From positions 116,314,001 to 116,378,000 of the forward strand of contig NC_086107.1 in the NCBI RefSeq assembly GCF_963921235.1: DNA of 64,000 nt. Reading direction: 5' to 3'. Below are positions 49,362 to 61,379 of the stretch, piece by piece (the stretch's first letter is position 1; the number at the start of each line of letters is the position of its first letter). Source of the stretch: Mobula hypostoma. Its lineage: Eukaryota. Position numbers and translations under genes: made by a program. The notes below the pieces were generated by a model, which did no database searches, had not been told where the DNA came from, and worked only from the letters and a program-made list of their open reading frames with translations.

Positions 49362-52300
49362 TTAAACCAATATATTGCCATCCTCATCAATGATGGCATT
49401 TACACCCCGCGGAGCCCAACGGTCCCGGAACACCTCTACGGTCGCCGTGGACTGTGCGTATTCCTTTTCAATGTTCACCCGGGCACGAACATACCCCCTA
49501 AACATAGCCAGGCAGTCCACCCGGGGAGAACCTCCTGCCACCCTTTTCCAGGAGCCCCGGATGGCAATTTTCGCCAGCCCCAGGAGCAAGTTGACAAGGA
49601 CATCCTCATCCCTCTGTGCCCCCCTCCTTACTGGATGACCATATATAAATAGGGTGGGACTGAAATGCAACCAGAAGGCGAGAAGCAGCCCACGCAAAAA
49701 CGCGAAAAGGGGCTGCAGCCTCACACACTCCGTGTACATGTGGTACACCGTCTCCTCCAGCCCGCAGAAGTGACACGCGGCTGGGAGATCCGTGTACAGA
49801 CTAAAGAACTTATTGCAGGGCACCGCTTTATGCAGCACCCTCCAGCCGAGATCCCCAAGGTGCATGGGGAGGACTCCCTTGTAAAGGGACTGCCATTGGG
49901 GACCCCCCCTCACCTCCAGGTGGAAAGACCGACCGCCATGGCGTGTCGGGACGGTGGACAAAGGCTAGGAAGTGGAGGGTGTGGAGCAGCAGCCCATAAA
50001 GGTACCTCCTGCCTGCATCCCTGAATGGGATTGTGGGTGTCGATGAAAGACGGCTCAAGTTGTGCGGATTCGTCTCTCGGGTAAGGCTGCGGGGCCTGGG
50101 CCCGACGAGCAGCTCAGCTTGAGTCGATCCACACACCTGAGCCGCACCGACATCCGCTGAGGTAGGGCAAGGGTCGGCCAGGACCCCGCCCTCTGCCAGA
50201 GGAGGGGATTCCCGGCCTGAGGCAACCATGTTCCAGACTCTCAGTAGGTCCTGATAGAAGCCGGGCAGCCTCTGCAAAGCAGCACGGCTGACGCCTGCCG
50301 GTGGTAGCTGCATATCTTCGTGAAGGCAGCAGCCCCTCCGGAGGAAGAAAGTCGCCAACACGTGCCACCTGGGAGGGCGCTCGGCGTACAGGAATCTCTG
50401 CAGAGTCCTGAGGCGGAGAGCCGCCAGTCGTGTGCGTACACACACCAGCGACTGTCCGCCCTCTCCTACTGGGAGACTCAGAACCGCTGCAGAGACCCAG
50501 TGTTTCCTGTTTCCCCAGAAGAAGTCCACCAGCTTCCTCTGCATTCTCGCAACAAAAGGGGCAGGGGGGGCCAAGGTGACCATCCGGTACCACAACACGG
50601 AGGCCACCAGCTGGTTTATGACCACCACCCTGCCTCGATAGGAAAGCACCCTGAGAAGGCCTGACCAGCGCCCTAGCCGGGCCATGACCTTTGTCTCCAG
50701 GTCCTGCCAGTTCGCCAGCCAGGTCTCCCCAGAAGGACTCAGGTAGACTCCCAGATAGAGAAGACGTCTGGTGCTCCACTCAAAAGCTCTCATCTCCTCC
50801 GGCAGGGAGTCCACCTGCCACTGGCCGACTAAGAGTCCGGAACATTTCGCCCAGTTGATCCTGGCGGAGGATGCCGCCGAGAAAACATCTTGGCACTCGC
50901 GCATCCTCCGCAGGTCACAGGGGTCTGTCATCATGAGGAGTACGTCATCGGCGTAGGCCGAGAGGACGACCCTCATGTCCGGTTCGCGCAGAACCAGACC
51001 TGTCAGCCTTCGCCGAAGAAGGCCGAGGAATGGCTCGACACAGATCGCATACAGTTGACCGGACATGGGGCACCCTTGACGCACTCCTCTTCGGAAGTGG
51101 ATAGGTCCTGTCAGTGATCCGTTGATCTTAACTAGGCACTCTGCGGCAGAGTACAGGAGCCGAACTCGGGCCACAAAGTGTGGTCCGAGCCCAAAAGCCT
51201 GCAGGGTGCCCAGCAGGAAACTGTGGTCCACCCGGTCAAACGCCTTCTCCTGGTCAAGAGAAAGAAACGCTGCCGGGGTCCCAGTCTCCTGGAGCAGGTG
51301 GATCAGGTCCCGTACTAGGTGGACATTGTCCTGGATGGAGCGGCCCGGGACCGTGTAAGATTGGTCAGGATGGACCACCTGTCCAATTACCGAACCCAGA
51401 CGGTTGGCCATTGCCCGGGCGAAGATCTTGTAGTCCGCGCACAAGAGGGAGACCGGCCGCCAGTTCTTTAGCAGGCGGAGGTCTCCCTTCTTGGGCAGTA
51501 GGACCACAACAGCTCTTCGCCATGAGAGGGGCATTTCTCCGGTGGCTAGGCTCTCCCCTAGGACAAGGCTGTAATCATCCCCCAGGACATCCCAAAAAGC
51601 CTGATAAAACTCAACACTCAGTCCATCCAAACCAGGGGACTTGCCCCTCCGGAGTTGCCGAAGGGCAGTGGACAGCTCCTCCCGAGTCAGGGGGGCATCC
51701 AGACGCACTGCATCCTCTGGACTGACCTTAGGCAAATCCTTCCAGACCTCATTGCACGCCTCCGCATTTGACGGATCAGGCGAGAATAAGGACCGATAGA
51801 ATGAACGGACCTCGTTGTTAATTCCATCAGGGTCCGTGATGGAGGAGCCATCGGCAGCCAGCAATTCCACTAGCTGCTTTTGAACTCCCCGCCACCTCTC
51901 CAACGAGTAGAAGAAGGTTGAGCCACGGTCCAAATCCTGCAGCATTTGGATCCGTGACCTCACGTACGCACCTCGGGACTGCTGAAGCTGCAAGTCCCTT
52001 AGTGCGTCCTCCTTCTCCTGGTATTCCTGCCATAGCTGCTGGTCTCCAGTGGTCGGACCGAGGCGGGACTCCAGGTCAAGCAACGCTCTCTCAAGCTGCT
52101 CAACCTCAGAGCCCCGCCTCTTTGTCGACCCCCTAGTGTACTCCCGACATAAAAACCGGATGTGGGCTTTGCCCACATCCCACCATAGCCGTAGGGAGCA
52201 GAACTCTCTCCGCCTCTCCTTCCAGGAGACCCAGAACGCTCGGAACGAATCCCGGAAACGGCTGTCCTCCAGCAGCCGGTTGTTAAAATGCCAATACCCG

Positions 52301-53025
52301 GATCCCACCCGAGGGTGTAGTGGAATAAATTCCATCCACACAAGGTGATGATCCGAGCACGACACTGGCCGCATGGAGGACGCCGACACGCGGGAGGCGT
52401 AGGCCCGAGAGATGTAAATGCGGTCTATCCTGGAACCTCCTTCTCTAGACCTTCTCGAGAAGGCGCTAGAGTTGGGGTGAAAATTCCGCCAGCTGTCCAC
52501 CAAGTCAAAGGAGCCGACTAGCTCCTTTAACTTTTTTGCTGATGCTGGGTCGCGTTGGAGGCCCGAACGATCCTCCGCCTCGAGGGTACAATTGAAATCT
52601 CCCCCGAGGATGACGCAGTCCCCAGGATCGATGGAGCTCAGCAGGGTGGACAGCTGACAGAATAGGCACGTCTGCATCACACCGCGCCTGGGAGCGTACA
52701 CATTGATAAAATGCAATGGTACGCCATCCAGGCGCACAACCAGGTGGAGCAGACGGCCGGGCACAACGTCTTGGACCCTTTCAATTACTGGCTGGAAGGT
52801 CGAGGCCAACAGGATCGCCACCCCGCTAGAAATGGAGCTGAGGTGGCTCATGTAGACCCCGCCCTGCCACTCCAGGAGCCAAGCAGACTCGTCCCCAGGG
52901 ATGGTATGGGTTTCCTGCAGGAAACTCACCGTATACCGCCCATCCCTGAGGACTGAGAGATTGTTATGCCTGCGAAGAGGACCCCTGCTGCCGTTTACAT
53001 TGAGACTAGCTATGGTAAGCTTCAT
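49362..53025 (-). CDS. Tx1 ORF2 (APE endonuclease + reverse transcriptase + C-terminal Cys/His motif); one +1 frameshift at the 49903-49909 homopolymer; ~1220 aa if corrected
   Basis: SLNVNG, FLQETH, GGDFN, SRIDRIY, SDH; PGLDG, WRPVSLL, LDQEKAFDRV, RQGCPMS, YADD; CHFCGLEETVYHMYTEC. Confidence 0.93.
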
Positions 53026-53037
53026 GGCGGGAGCACA

Positions 53038-55093
53038 CTAGGTCTCAGCAGCTGCGCCCATTTCGGTGAGAGCGGAGGCGCCTTCCACCACACTGTCCGG
53101 AAAGAAAGCAAGGATACCTTTTGCTTTCCGGGCTCGAGCGGTACCAGCAACACCCTGTGACCCGCCATCCCCCGTAGGAGCGAGGCTGCTTCTCCCTCTG
53201 ATGTCCCTTACTAGGTCATCCAGGAAAGATTTTAGTTGCCGTCTGTCGTTCCCCGACACCGCATTCCTCTTTCCCTTTCCCTTTCGTCTGAGGATGACTC
53301 GCAGGGACCTCACCAGCCTCGGCATGCTGGGCCAGCAAAGCGAGGCTAGCTGAGGCCGGTGCTTGGCACCCTCAGAGGTGAGAATGAAATGCTTAATTTC
53401 CTCTACAGGTATCAATGGGGATTTCTCAGGAGGGGTGAGGATGTCCATTGTTTCACTATCGAAAGAGTCCCCCTCCAACCCGTCACTGCAGACAGAATCC
53501 CCATCGGCCTCCCCGCATGTTCCAATAGATGGCTGCGCCTGCGACCCACACCGCGCAGCGGGCACCTCGCTCTTACCTGCCTGCTCCACCGTCGCATCAG
53601 CCTCATCCACATTTGCGACAGTGGAGAGACAATCCCCAGGGACTCCCTGCAAGTCATTTATTGCTGGGGTCGATGTGCACAGAATATCGTCCTCCCTAGG
53701 GGGCAGGCATAGAGGGGAACCCGGCACCTTTGGTCCAAGGGATTCATAAGCCGCCAGGTGCTGAGAATGAGAGAGCTTTGCCTCGTCTCCTCTTACACTA
53801 TTCGGTACACTGGCCTCCAGAGAGGCGCTGACTTGTAGGTCCTGGGTGGAGGCCTCCAGGGCTGCCTCATTTGTGCAAACAGGCCTATCACAAGCTTTTT
53901 GCACAACCACACCATCTACCCCAGGACTGGTGGTTACATCTGAGGACTCAGGTTTAGAACCAACCCCTACCCGGATTCCCACCCCTTCCTGGGACTCCCC
54001 CGCATCTACATCCCCTGCCCTCTTGCGGGAACGTTCCCTTCTCCTCTTCACGCTGGAGGAGCACACAGGTGCAGGCTTCACCGATGGGGCGGCGCCTTCT
54101 GTTTCCATCGCCCCGTCTGCTTGCGCACCTCCCCGAGCCCCACGCTCCACTTCAGACGAAATGGGTGTGAGCTCTGCGGCCTCAAAGGCCCGCTTCTTAC
54201 TATGTTTGGATTTCCCCTTTGCCTTCTTACTCCGCACAGACTTCACCCCGTCCCCCACCTGAACCACAGGGAGAGGAGCAGGGACCGACCCAACCGTAGA
54301 AGTAGGGACAGGGGTAGGGGTAGGGGCAGGGTGAGGGGCTGGGGCAGGATCACGGGCGGGGGCAGGGTCAGATGCAGGTGCAGGCGCACGCGCAGGAGTA
54401 GGATCAGGGGCAGAGGTAGCTGCGGCACTGGTGCCCGAAGTGGGCTCCCTCGGGTTCCGGGCGGCAGGACAGTCCCTCCGAAAGTGCCCCACCTCCCTGC
54501 ACGCATGGCACCGTGGGCGCTCCGAGCTCCAGTACACCTGATAATCTACTCCCTCGTGCCGGACAGTAAAGCGGCCCTCAACATCGTCCTCCCTTTCCAG
54601 CTGCATGAAAACCTGACGCCGGAAAGAGATTACGGTGCGGAGGGTGCGTCTCTTAAATTTGTGTCGGATGGCAGTGATCTCCGACCTTACTTGCCCTAAA
54701 CGGGCCAGTGGGGGAAGCAAGTCCTCATTTGGAATGAAAGGCTTAACATGCCCAAGCACGATACGTTGCGTGGGGGGCCGTCACCAGCTCCATAGGTAAA
54801 AAGATGTTGTCCACCGTGACTCCCCTGCTTAGGGCCCGGTGCACTAGCTCTTCATTCACCAGATAGAACACCGCCTTTCCGAACTCCTTCTCGGTGGCCA
54901 GAATACCACCTTTCCCCACAAGGTCCTCCATTGCCTCCGTACACTTTTCTAGTGTCATTCCAGGGCGCAAAATACATTGCACCCCACGTTCCACCTTCAC
55001 CGACCAAAACAGGGCGTTGTCCGAGGCCGGGGAGGCAGCCGCCCTTGCGTAACTCCCCGAAGGCCCGCGACTCCCTGGAGACCGGTCCGGCAT
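53038..55093 (-). CDS. Tx1 ORF1 (RRM-like N-terminus, CCHC zinc knuckle, long low-complexity tail); one +1 frameshift at the 54772-54777 homopolymer; ~684 aa if corrected
   Basis: SYARAAA..KAVFYL..TAP/TQRIVLGHVKPFIPNEDL..RRQVFM..CHACREVGHFRRDC; stops 12 nt before the ORF2 ATG. Confidence 0.88.
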
Positions 55094-55614
55094 GCTGGCG
55101 CTCTTTCCAGTCCGAGAATTTTGCGGCGGTGCCAGTTAGAAGTCCTGGAGCGAGTCGAATAACTGGCCGGGAAAGTTTGCAGTCGACAGTTCCTCGCTGG
55201 CTCGGCGCCAGGAAAGGCTCCGTCGGACTTGCAGAGACCCAGGCCGGGAGAGGCCGAAACGTCCTTCCAGATGCTCCGGCACCGGCACCAACACCGGACG
55301 AAAAATCAGGAAAACAATGGAGGAGGAACGTTGCCCCGATGTCAATGGGGGGAAAACGACGGCGTTTGCCTCCGGTTTTGGAGCGAACCGGCTTACTGGC
55401 GAGTTGCCAGCGGCCGCAGCTGGGAGCTACGCAGTAAGCAGCCGCCAACAAACCCAGTCCAAACCGGCAGCAAAAACTCCACACCGAGCTTCCACGCCAA
55501 CGCCGTCACTCACTCAGTTGTCCAAGAGACTTTTAGAGCCACCTCCAAAGTATTCCACGAACTTTATCCAGTAGTTTTCCTTCGATTTCTCCCAGCTCAG
55601 TCAGCACAGCTCCT

Positions 55615-58440
55615 CTCTGTGTCTGACCCCGGGGGTGTGTGATGGGACGGTGTGGAGGGAGATTCACTCTGTGTCTGACCCCGGGAGGGTGTGATGGGAC
55701 GGTGTGGAGGGAGATTCACTCTGTGTCTGACCCCGGGAGGGTGTGATGGGACGGTGTGGAGGGAGATTCACTCTGTGTCTGACCCCGGGAGGGTGTGATG
55801 GGACGGTGTGGAGGTAGTTTCACTCTGTGTCTGACCCCGGGAGTGTGTGATGGGACGGTGTGGAGGGAGCTTCACTCTGTGTCTGACCCCGGGAGTGTGT
55901 GATGGGACGGTGTGGAGGGAGATTCACTCTGTGTCTGACCCCGGGAGGGTGTGATGGGACGGTGTGGAGGGAGATTCACTCTGTGTCTGACCCCGGGAGG
56001 GTGTGATGGGACGGTGTGGAGGTAGTTTCACTCTGTGTCTGACCCCGGGAGTGTGTGATGGGACGGTGCGGAGGGAGATTCACTCAGTGTCTGACCCCGG
56101 GAGTGTGTGATGGGACGGTGTGGAGGGAGTTTCAGTCTGTTTCTGAACCTGGAATTGTGTGATGGGACGGTGTGGCAGGAGGTTCAGTCTGTGTCTGACC
56201 CCGGGAGTGTGTGATCGGACGGTGTGGAGGGAGCTTCACTCTGTGTCTGACTCGGGGAGTGTGTGATGGGACGGTGTGGAGGGAGTTTCACTCTGTGTCT
56301 GACCCCGGGAGTGTGTGATGGGACGGTGTGGAGGGAGATTCACTCTGTGTCTAACCTTGTGAGTGTGTGATGGGACGGCGTGGAGGGAGATTCACTCTTT
56401 GTCTAACCCTGTGAGTGTGTGATGGGACGGCGTGGAGGGAGATTCACTCTGTGTATGACCCTGGGAGTGTGTGATCGGACGGTGTGGAGGGAGATTCACT
56501 CTGTGTCTGACCCCGGGAGTCTGGAGGGATTTCCTCTCTGTGACTTACCCCGGGAGTGTGTGATGGGATGTGCGTCACTCTGTATCTGACCCTGGGAGTT
56601 TGTGATGGGACGGTGTGCAGGGAGATTCACTCTGTGCCTGATGCCGAGAGTGTATGATGGTACGGCGTGGAGGGAGATTCACTCTGTGTCTAACCCCGGG
56701 AGTGTGTGATGGGACGGCGTGGAAGGAGATTCACTCTGTGCCTGACCTCGGGAGTGTGTGATCGGACGGTGTGGAGGGAGGTTCACTCTGTACCTGACCC
56801 CGGGAGTGTGTGATGGGACGGTGTGCAGGGAGCTTCACTCTGTGTCTGACCCCGGGAGTGTGTTATTAGACGGTGTGGAGGGAGTTTCTCTCTATGTCTG
56901 ACCCACGGAGTGTGTGATGGGACGGTGTGGAGCGAGGTTCACTCTGTGCCTGACCCCTGTAGTGTGTGATGGGACGGTGTGGGGGGAGCTTCACTCTGTG
57001 TCTGACCCCGGGAGTGTGTGATGGGACGGTGGGGAGGGAGATTCACTCTTTGTTTGACCCCGGGAGTGTGTGATGTTTCGGTGGGGAGGGAGATTCACTC
57101 TGTGTCTGACCCCGGGAGTGTCTGATGGTTCGGTGTGGAGGGAGCTTCACTCTATGTCTGACCCCGGGAGTCTGTGGTGGGACGGTGTGGAGGGAGTTTC
57201 TCTCTGTGTCTGACCCCGGGAGTGTGTGATGGGACTTTGTGGAGCGAGTTTCACTCTGTGCCTGACCCCGGGAGTGTGTGATGGGACGGTGTGCAGGGAG
57301 CTTCACTCTGTGTCTGACTCCGGGAGTGTGTGATGGGACGGCGTGGAGGGAGATTCACTCTGTGCCTGACCCCGGGAGTGTGTGATCGGACGGTGTGGAG
57401 GGAAGTTCACTCTGTATCTGACCCCGGGAGTGTGTGATGGGACGGCGTGGAGGGAGTTTCACTCTGTGCCTGACCCCGTGAGTGTGTGATGGGATGGCGT
57501 GGAGGGAGGTTCAATCTGTGTCTGACCCCGGGGGTGTGCGATGGGACGGTGTGGAGGGACCTTTACCCTGTGCCTGACCCCGGGGGTGTGCGATGGGGCG
57601 GTGTGGAGGGAGATTCACTCTGTGTCTGAGCCCGGGAGTGTGCGATGGGACGGTGCGGCGGGAGTTTCACTCTGTGTCTGAGCCCGGGGGTGTGCGATGG
57701 GGCGGTGCGGAGGGAGTTTCACTCTGCGTCTGAGCCTGGGGCTGTGCGATGGGGCGGTGCGGAGGGAGTTTCACTCTGCGTCTGAGCCCGGGGGTGTGCG
57801 ATGGGGCGGTGCGGAGGGAGATTCACTCTGCGTCTGAGCCCGGGGGTGTGCGATGGGGCGGTGCGGAGGGAGATTCACTCTGCATCTGAGCCCGGGGCTG
57901 TGCGATGGGGCGGTGCGGAGGGAGATTCACTCTGCGTCTGAGCCCGGGGGTGTGCGATGGGGCGGTGCGGAGGGAGATTCACTCTGCGTCTGCCCCCGGG
58001 GGTGTGCGATGGGGCGGTGCGGAGGGAGATTCACTCTGCGTCTGAGCCCGGGGGTGTGCGATGGGGCGGTGCGGAGGGAGATTCACTCTGCGTCTGAGCC
58101 CGGGGGTGTGCGATGGGGCGGTGCGGAGGGAGATTCACTCTGCGTCTGAGCCCGGGGGTGTGCGATGGGGCGGTGCGGAGGGAGATTCACTCTGCGTCTG
58201 AGCCCGGGGGTGTGCGATGGGGCGGTGCGGAGGGAGATTCACTCTGCGTCTGAGCCCGGGGGGTGTGCGATGGGGCGGTGCGGAGGGAGATTCACTCTGC
58301 GTCTGAGCCCGGGGGTGTGCGATGGGGCGGTGCGGAGGGAGATTCACTCTGCGTCTGCCCCCGGGGGTGTGCGATGGGGGGTGTGGAGGGAGATTCTCTC
58401 TGTGTCTGCCCCCGGGGGTCTGTCACTCTTTGTGTCTGAG
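55615..58440. repeat. 52-bp minisatellite array B, right part, with a GC-shifted distal domain
   Basis: Same unit; diverged at 56100-57500; homogeneous GC-richer variant at ~57600-58400. Confidence 0.95.
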
Positions 58441-58466
58441 CTGCTTGCTCTCTGTTGCTGATTCAG

Positions 58467-58681
58467 GATTCACCACGGCTGCCTATCTCAGGGTCCATGC
58501 CCGCAAGCATCATGGCGTTACGATGATCCAGCCGTACCGACTGGTTTGTGAGCAGTGTGGTGTGTTCTGCCACACCCAGGTCCAACTGAACGGCCATAAG
58601 GGCACGCACGTCCGCGCGGCGGAGCCGATAGTGGACGATCGCGCCTGCAGTACCGACACACAGGGACCGTTTCTGCACTGA
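58467..58681 (+). CDS. MAZ: MAZ coding exon 5, extra zinc-finger isoform (GFTTAAYLRVHARKHH...CEQC...HKGTH...FLH*)
   Basis: Acceptor 58465-58466, phase 1, completes finger 7 begun in exon 4 and adds finger 8; matches the GFTTAAYLR exon of mammalian MAZ isoform 2. Confidence 0.92.
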
Positions 58682-59132
58682 CCAGGCACGGGAACTGTCC
58701 ATCAGCTCCTTGGGGTGGGGGCGTTTGGTGAGAGGAGGATAGAGGGGTGAGAGCGAGTGGGGCGAGGAGAGAAGAGGGGACGGACAGTGGTTCAGGGTTG
58801 AGGGGGAGAGAGGGAGAGAGACAGAGGAAAGAGGGAGGGAGAGAATGATAGATGGGCAACAGAGACAAGGGGGAAAGTGTGGGCAGAAATAGAGAAAGAA
58901 GGGGTAAGGAGTGAGGTGAGAGGGAGGGGTGAGAGTCGGCAGACATAAAGGTGGGAGGCAGAGTTTGGGGGAGAGAGAGGGCAGGAACTGGAGAGAGATG
59001 TGGATGAAAATAGGAGTACATCAGCCAGCTTTCACTGTCCAATAACCCTTGGGTTTGAAGGGGAGGTTATTCACCAGGCTGCTCTGAATCCCTCTTCCCC
59101 TCCTTCCCCATCTCCCCCCTGTGTCTCTGCAG

Positions 59133-59455
59133 GTGTGGCTGTGTCCTGTCTCTCAGTTCCTGCTGTCCACCCTCTGGGACGGGGTTCCTCACTACTGGAT
59201 CCAGAGCCCCTGATCAGACCAAAACCTGAACTCATCGTTGCCCAACGCTCTGCCCCGGGCAGTACACAGAGAGAGAGGGGGAGAGTGAGAGAGCGAGGAG
59301 TAGTGGGGAGAGAGGGAGCGGGTTGGGGACAGAGAGCAAGGGGTTGGCGAGAGTCTGGGAGAAGAGCGAGTGACGGAGGGATTGGAAGACAGAAATTGGG
59401 AATGAGTGGAGGGTTGGGAGAGACAGAGAGGTGTGAGTGGTGGAGGAGATTGTAG
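59133..59455 (+). CDS. MAZ: Candidate alternative terminal MAZ exon (six-finger isoform)
   Basis: Strong acceptor ccttccccatctcccccctgtgtctctgcag, phase-compatible with exon 4, open to TAG 59455; no sequence homology recognised. Confidence 0.45.
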
Positions 59456-59759
59456 AAGAGAGGGGAGCGGGCCTGGGGTGCTGATGGGGGAGCGTGAGAG
59501 AGGTGGCGAGGGGAAGTGGGCAGAGTGTAACGGTCGGTGAGAGAGTCGGGAGGGGAGGTGGTGGTTATGGGGTGAAGAGAGACCAGGCGGGGGGGGGAGA
59601 TGGTGGATGGAGTGGGGTGTGCAGTGTATGGGGGTTGAGGGGGGAGAGTGTGAGAGGGGATCGGGGAGGTAGACACGCATCTGAGGCATTGATAGTTAAT
59701 GGGGGAGAGGGTTGTTGTGAAAGGGGGGAGTGTGAAGGGAAAAGGTGGAATATGATAGC

Positions 59760-60930
59760 ATGAGTGGAGGGAGGGGGAGTGAGGGAGGATGGAGAGTGTT
59801 TGAGGAGTGAGTGTGGGGGTGAGATGGGGAGGGGGAGTGAGGGAGGATGGAGGGGGAGTGAGGGAGGATGGAGAGGTGGAGTGAGTGTGGGGTGAGATGG
59901 AGATGGGGGAGGGGGGAGCGAGGGAGGATGGAGAGTGTTTGAGGAGTGAGTGTGGGGGTGAGATGGAGAGGGGGAGTGAGGGAGGATGGAGAGGTGGAGT
60001 GAGTGTGGGGTGAGATGGAGATGGGGAACGAGGGAGTGAGGGAAGATGGAGAGGGTGGGGAATGAGTGTTTGAGGAGTGAGTGTGGGGGCGAGATGGGGA
60101 GGGGGAGTGAGGGAGGATGGAGAGGTGGAGTGAGTGTGGGGTGAGATGGAGATGGAGAGGGGGGAGCGAGGGAGGAGGAGAGTGGGAGGTGAGATGGGGA
60201 GGGGGAGTGAGGGAGGATGGAGAGTGTTTGAGGAATGAGTGTGGGGGTGAGATGGGGAGGGGGAGTGAGGGAGGATGGAGAGTGTTAGGAGTGAGTGTGG
60301 GGGTGAGATGGAGAGGGGGAGTGAGGGAGGATGGAGAGTGTTTGAGGAGTGAGTGTGGGGGTGAGATGGGGAGGGGGAGTGAGGGAGGATGGAGAGTGTT
60401 TGAGGAGTGAGTGTGGGGGTGAGATGGGGAGGGGGAGTGAGGGAGGATGGAGAGTGAGGAGTGAGTGTGGGGGTGAGATGGGGAAGGGGAGTGAGGGAGG
60501 ATGGAGAGTGTTTGAGGAGTGAGTGTGGGGGTGAGATGGGGAGGGGGAGTGAGTGTGGGGTGAGATGGAGATGGGGAGGGGGGAGCGAGGGAGGAGGAGA
60601 GTGGGAGGTGAGATGGGGAGGGGGAGTGAGGGAGGATGGAGAGTGTTAGGAGTGAGTGTGGGGGTGAGATGGGGAGGGGGAGTGAGGGAGGATGGAGAGT
60701 GAGGAGTGAGTGTGGGGGTGAGATGGGGAGGGGGAGTGAGGGAGGATGGAGAGAGGAATGAGTGTGGGGGTGAGACGGAGAAGGGGAGTGAGGGAGGATG
60801 GAGAGTGTTTGAGGAGTGAGTGTGGGGGTGAGATGGGGAGGGGGAGTGAGGGAGGATGGAGAGGTGGAGTGAGTGTGGGGTGAGATGGAGATGGGGGAGA
60901 GGGGAGCGAGGGAGGAGGAGAGTGGGAGGT
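59760..60930. repeat. Compound GA/GT-rich tandem repeat in the MAZ 3' region
   Basis: Modules gagtgagtgtgggggtgagatggggagggg / gagtgagggaggatggagagt. Confidence 0.9.
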
Positions 60931-61281
60931 GGTTGTGGAGTGACTGGGGTGATCACTCAGTGACGGTTCATCTGTTCCCTTGCTGTCTGGGGAAGGAGGG
61001 GCTGGGTGGCTCCCTTGTCCAGGGGTTGGTGGGTCAGAGCCCTGTCTCTGCCAGGGACGGGGGAAAAGATGGGTCAGTGGAGGGAGGTTCCTGCTGCGAT
61101 TGTGCTTTTATTCTGGGGCAGGGGAGGGTGGGATCACACTATGCACTGGAGGAGACAGTGGCTACAGGAGGGCTTGCACTGTGTGCAGGAGAGGGGCCGA
61201 GGGCTCAGGGGAGGGAGTCGTGTTTCTGCATCATCCCAATACGGTTCGCCTGGATGTTGCTTCAAACCTGGGGTATTTTTA

Positions 61282-61287
61282 AATAAA
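61282..61287 (+). terminator. MAZ: Candidate MAZ polyadenylation signal AATAAA
   Basis: First AATAAA seen after the MAZ stop; followed by GT/T-rich downstream sequence. Confidence 0.6.
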
Positions 61288-61379
61288 TTCTCTGCTGTTC
61301 AATTTTGGTCTGAGCGTGTTCTGTGTGTGTCTGAGAGATACTCGCTTTGTGAGTGTGAGTGAGAGACGGAGAGTTTCCA

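Larger units (their letters stand above)
49247..55614 (-). mobile_element. Full-length Tx1-clade non-LTR retrotransposon (6368 bp)
   Basis: ~520-nt 5' UTR, ORF1 with CCHC knuckle, ORF2 APE-RT-Cys/His, AATAAA (49285-49280), A-rich tail, and 16-bp TSD ctctgtgtctgacccc at 49231-49246 and 55615-55630. Confidence 0.95.

Noticed and set aside
49903..54777. Programmed ribosomal frameshifting in the Tx1 ORFs
   Set aside because: Both shifts are simple G/C homopolymer gains in mid-domain, better explained by slippage or sequencing error.
45584..58681. VEZF1 or PATZ1 as the identity of the zinc-finger gene
   Set aside because: HLNSH.RQVH, HEEKVPCHVCGK and the GFTTAAYLR exon are MAZ-type, and there is no BTB domain.
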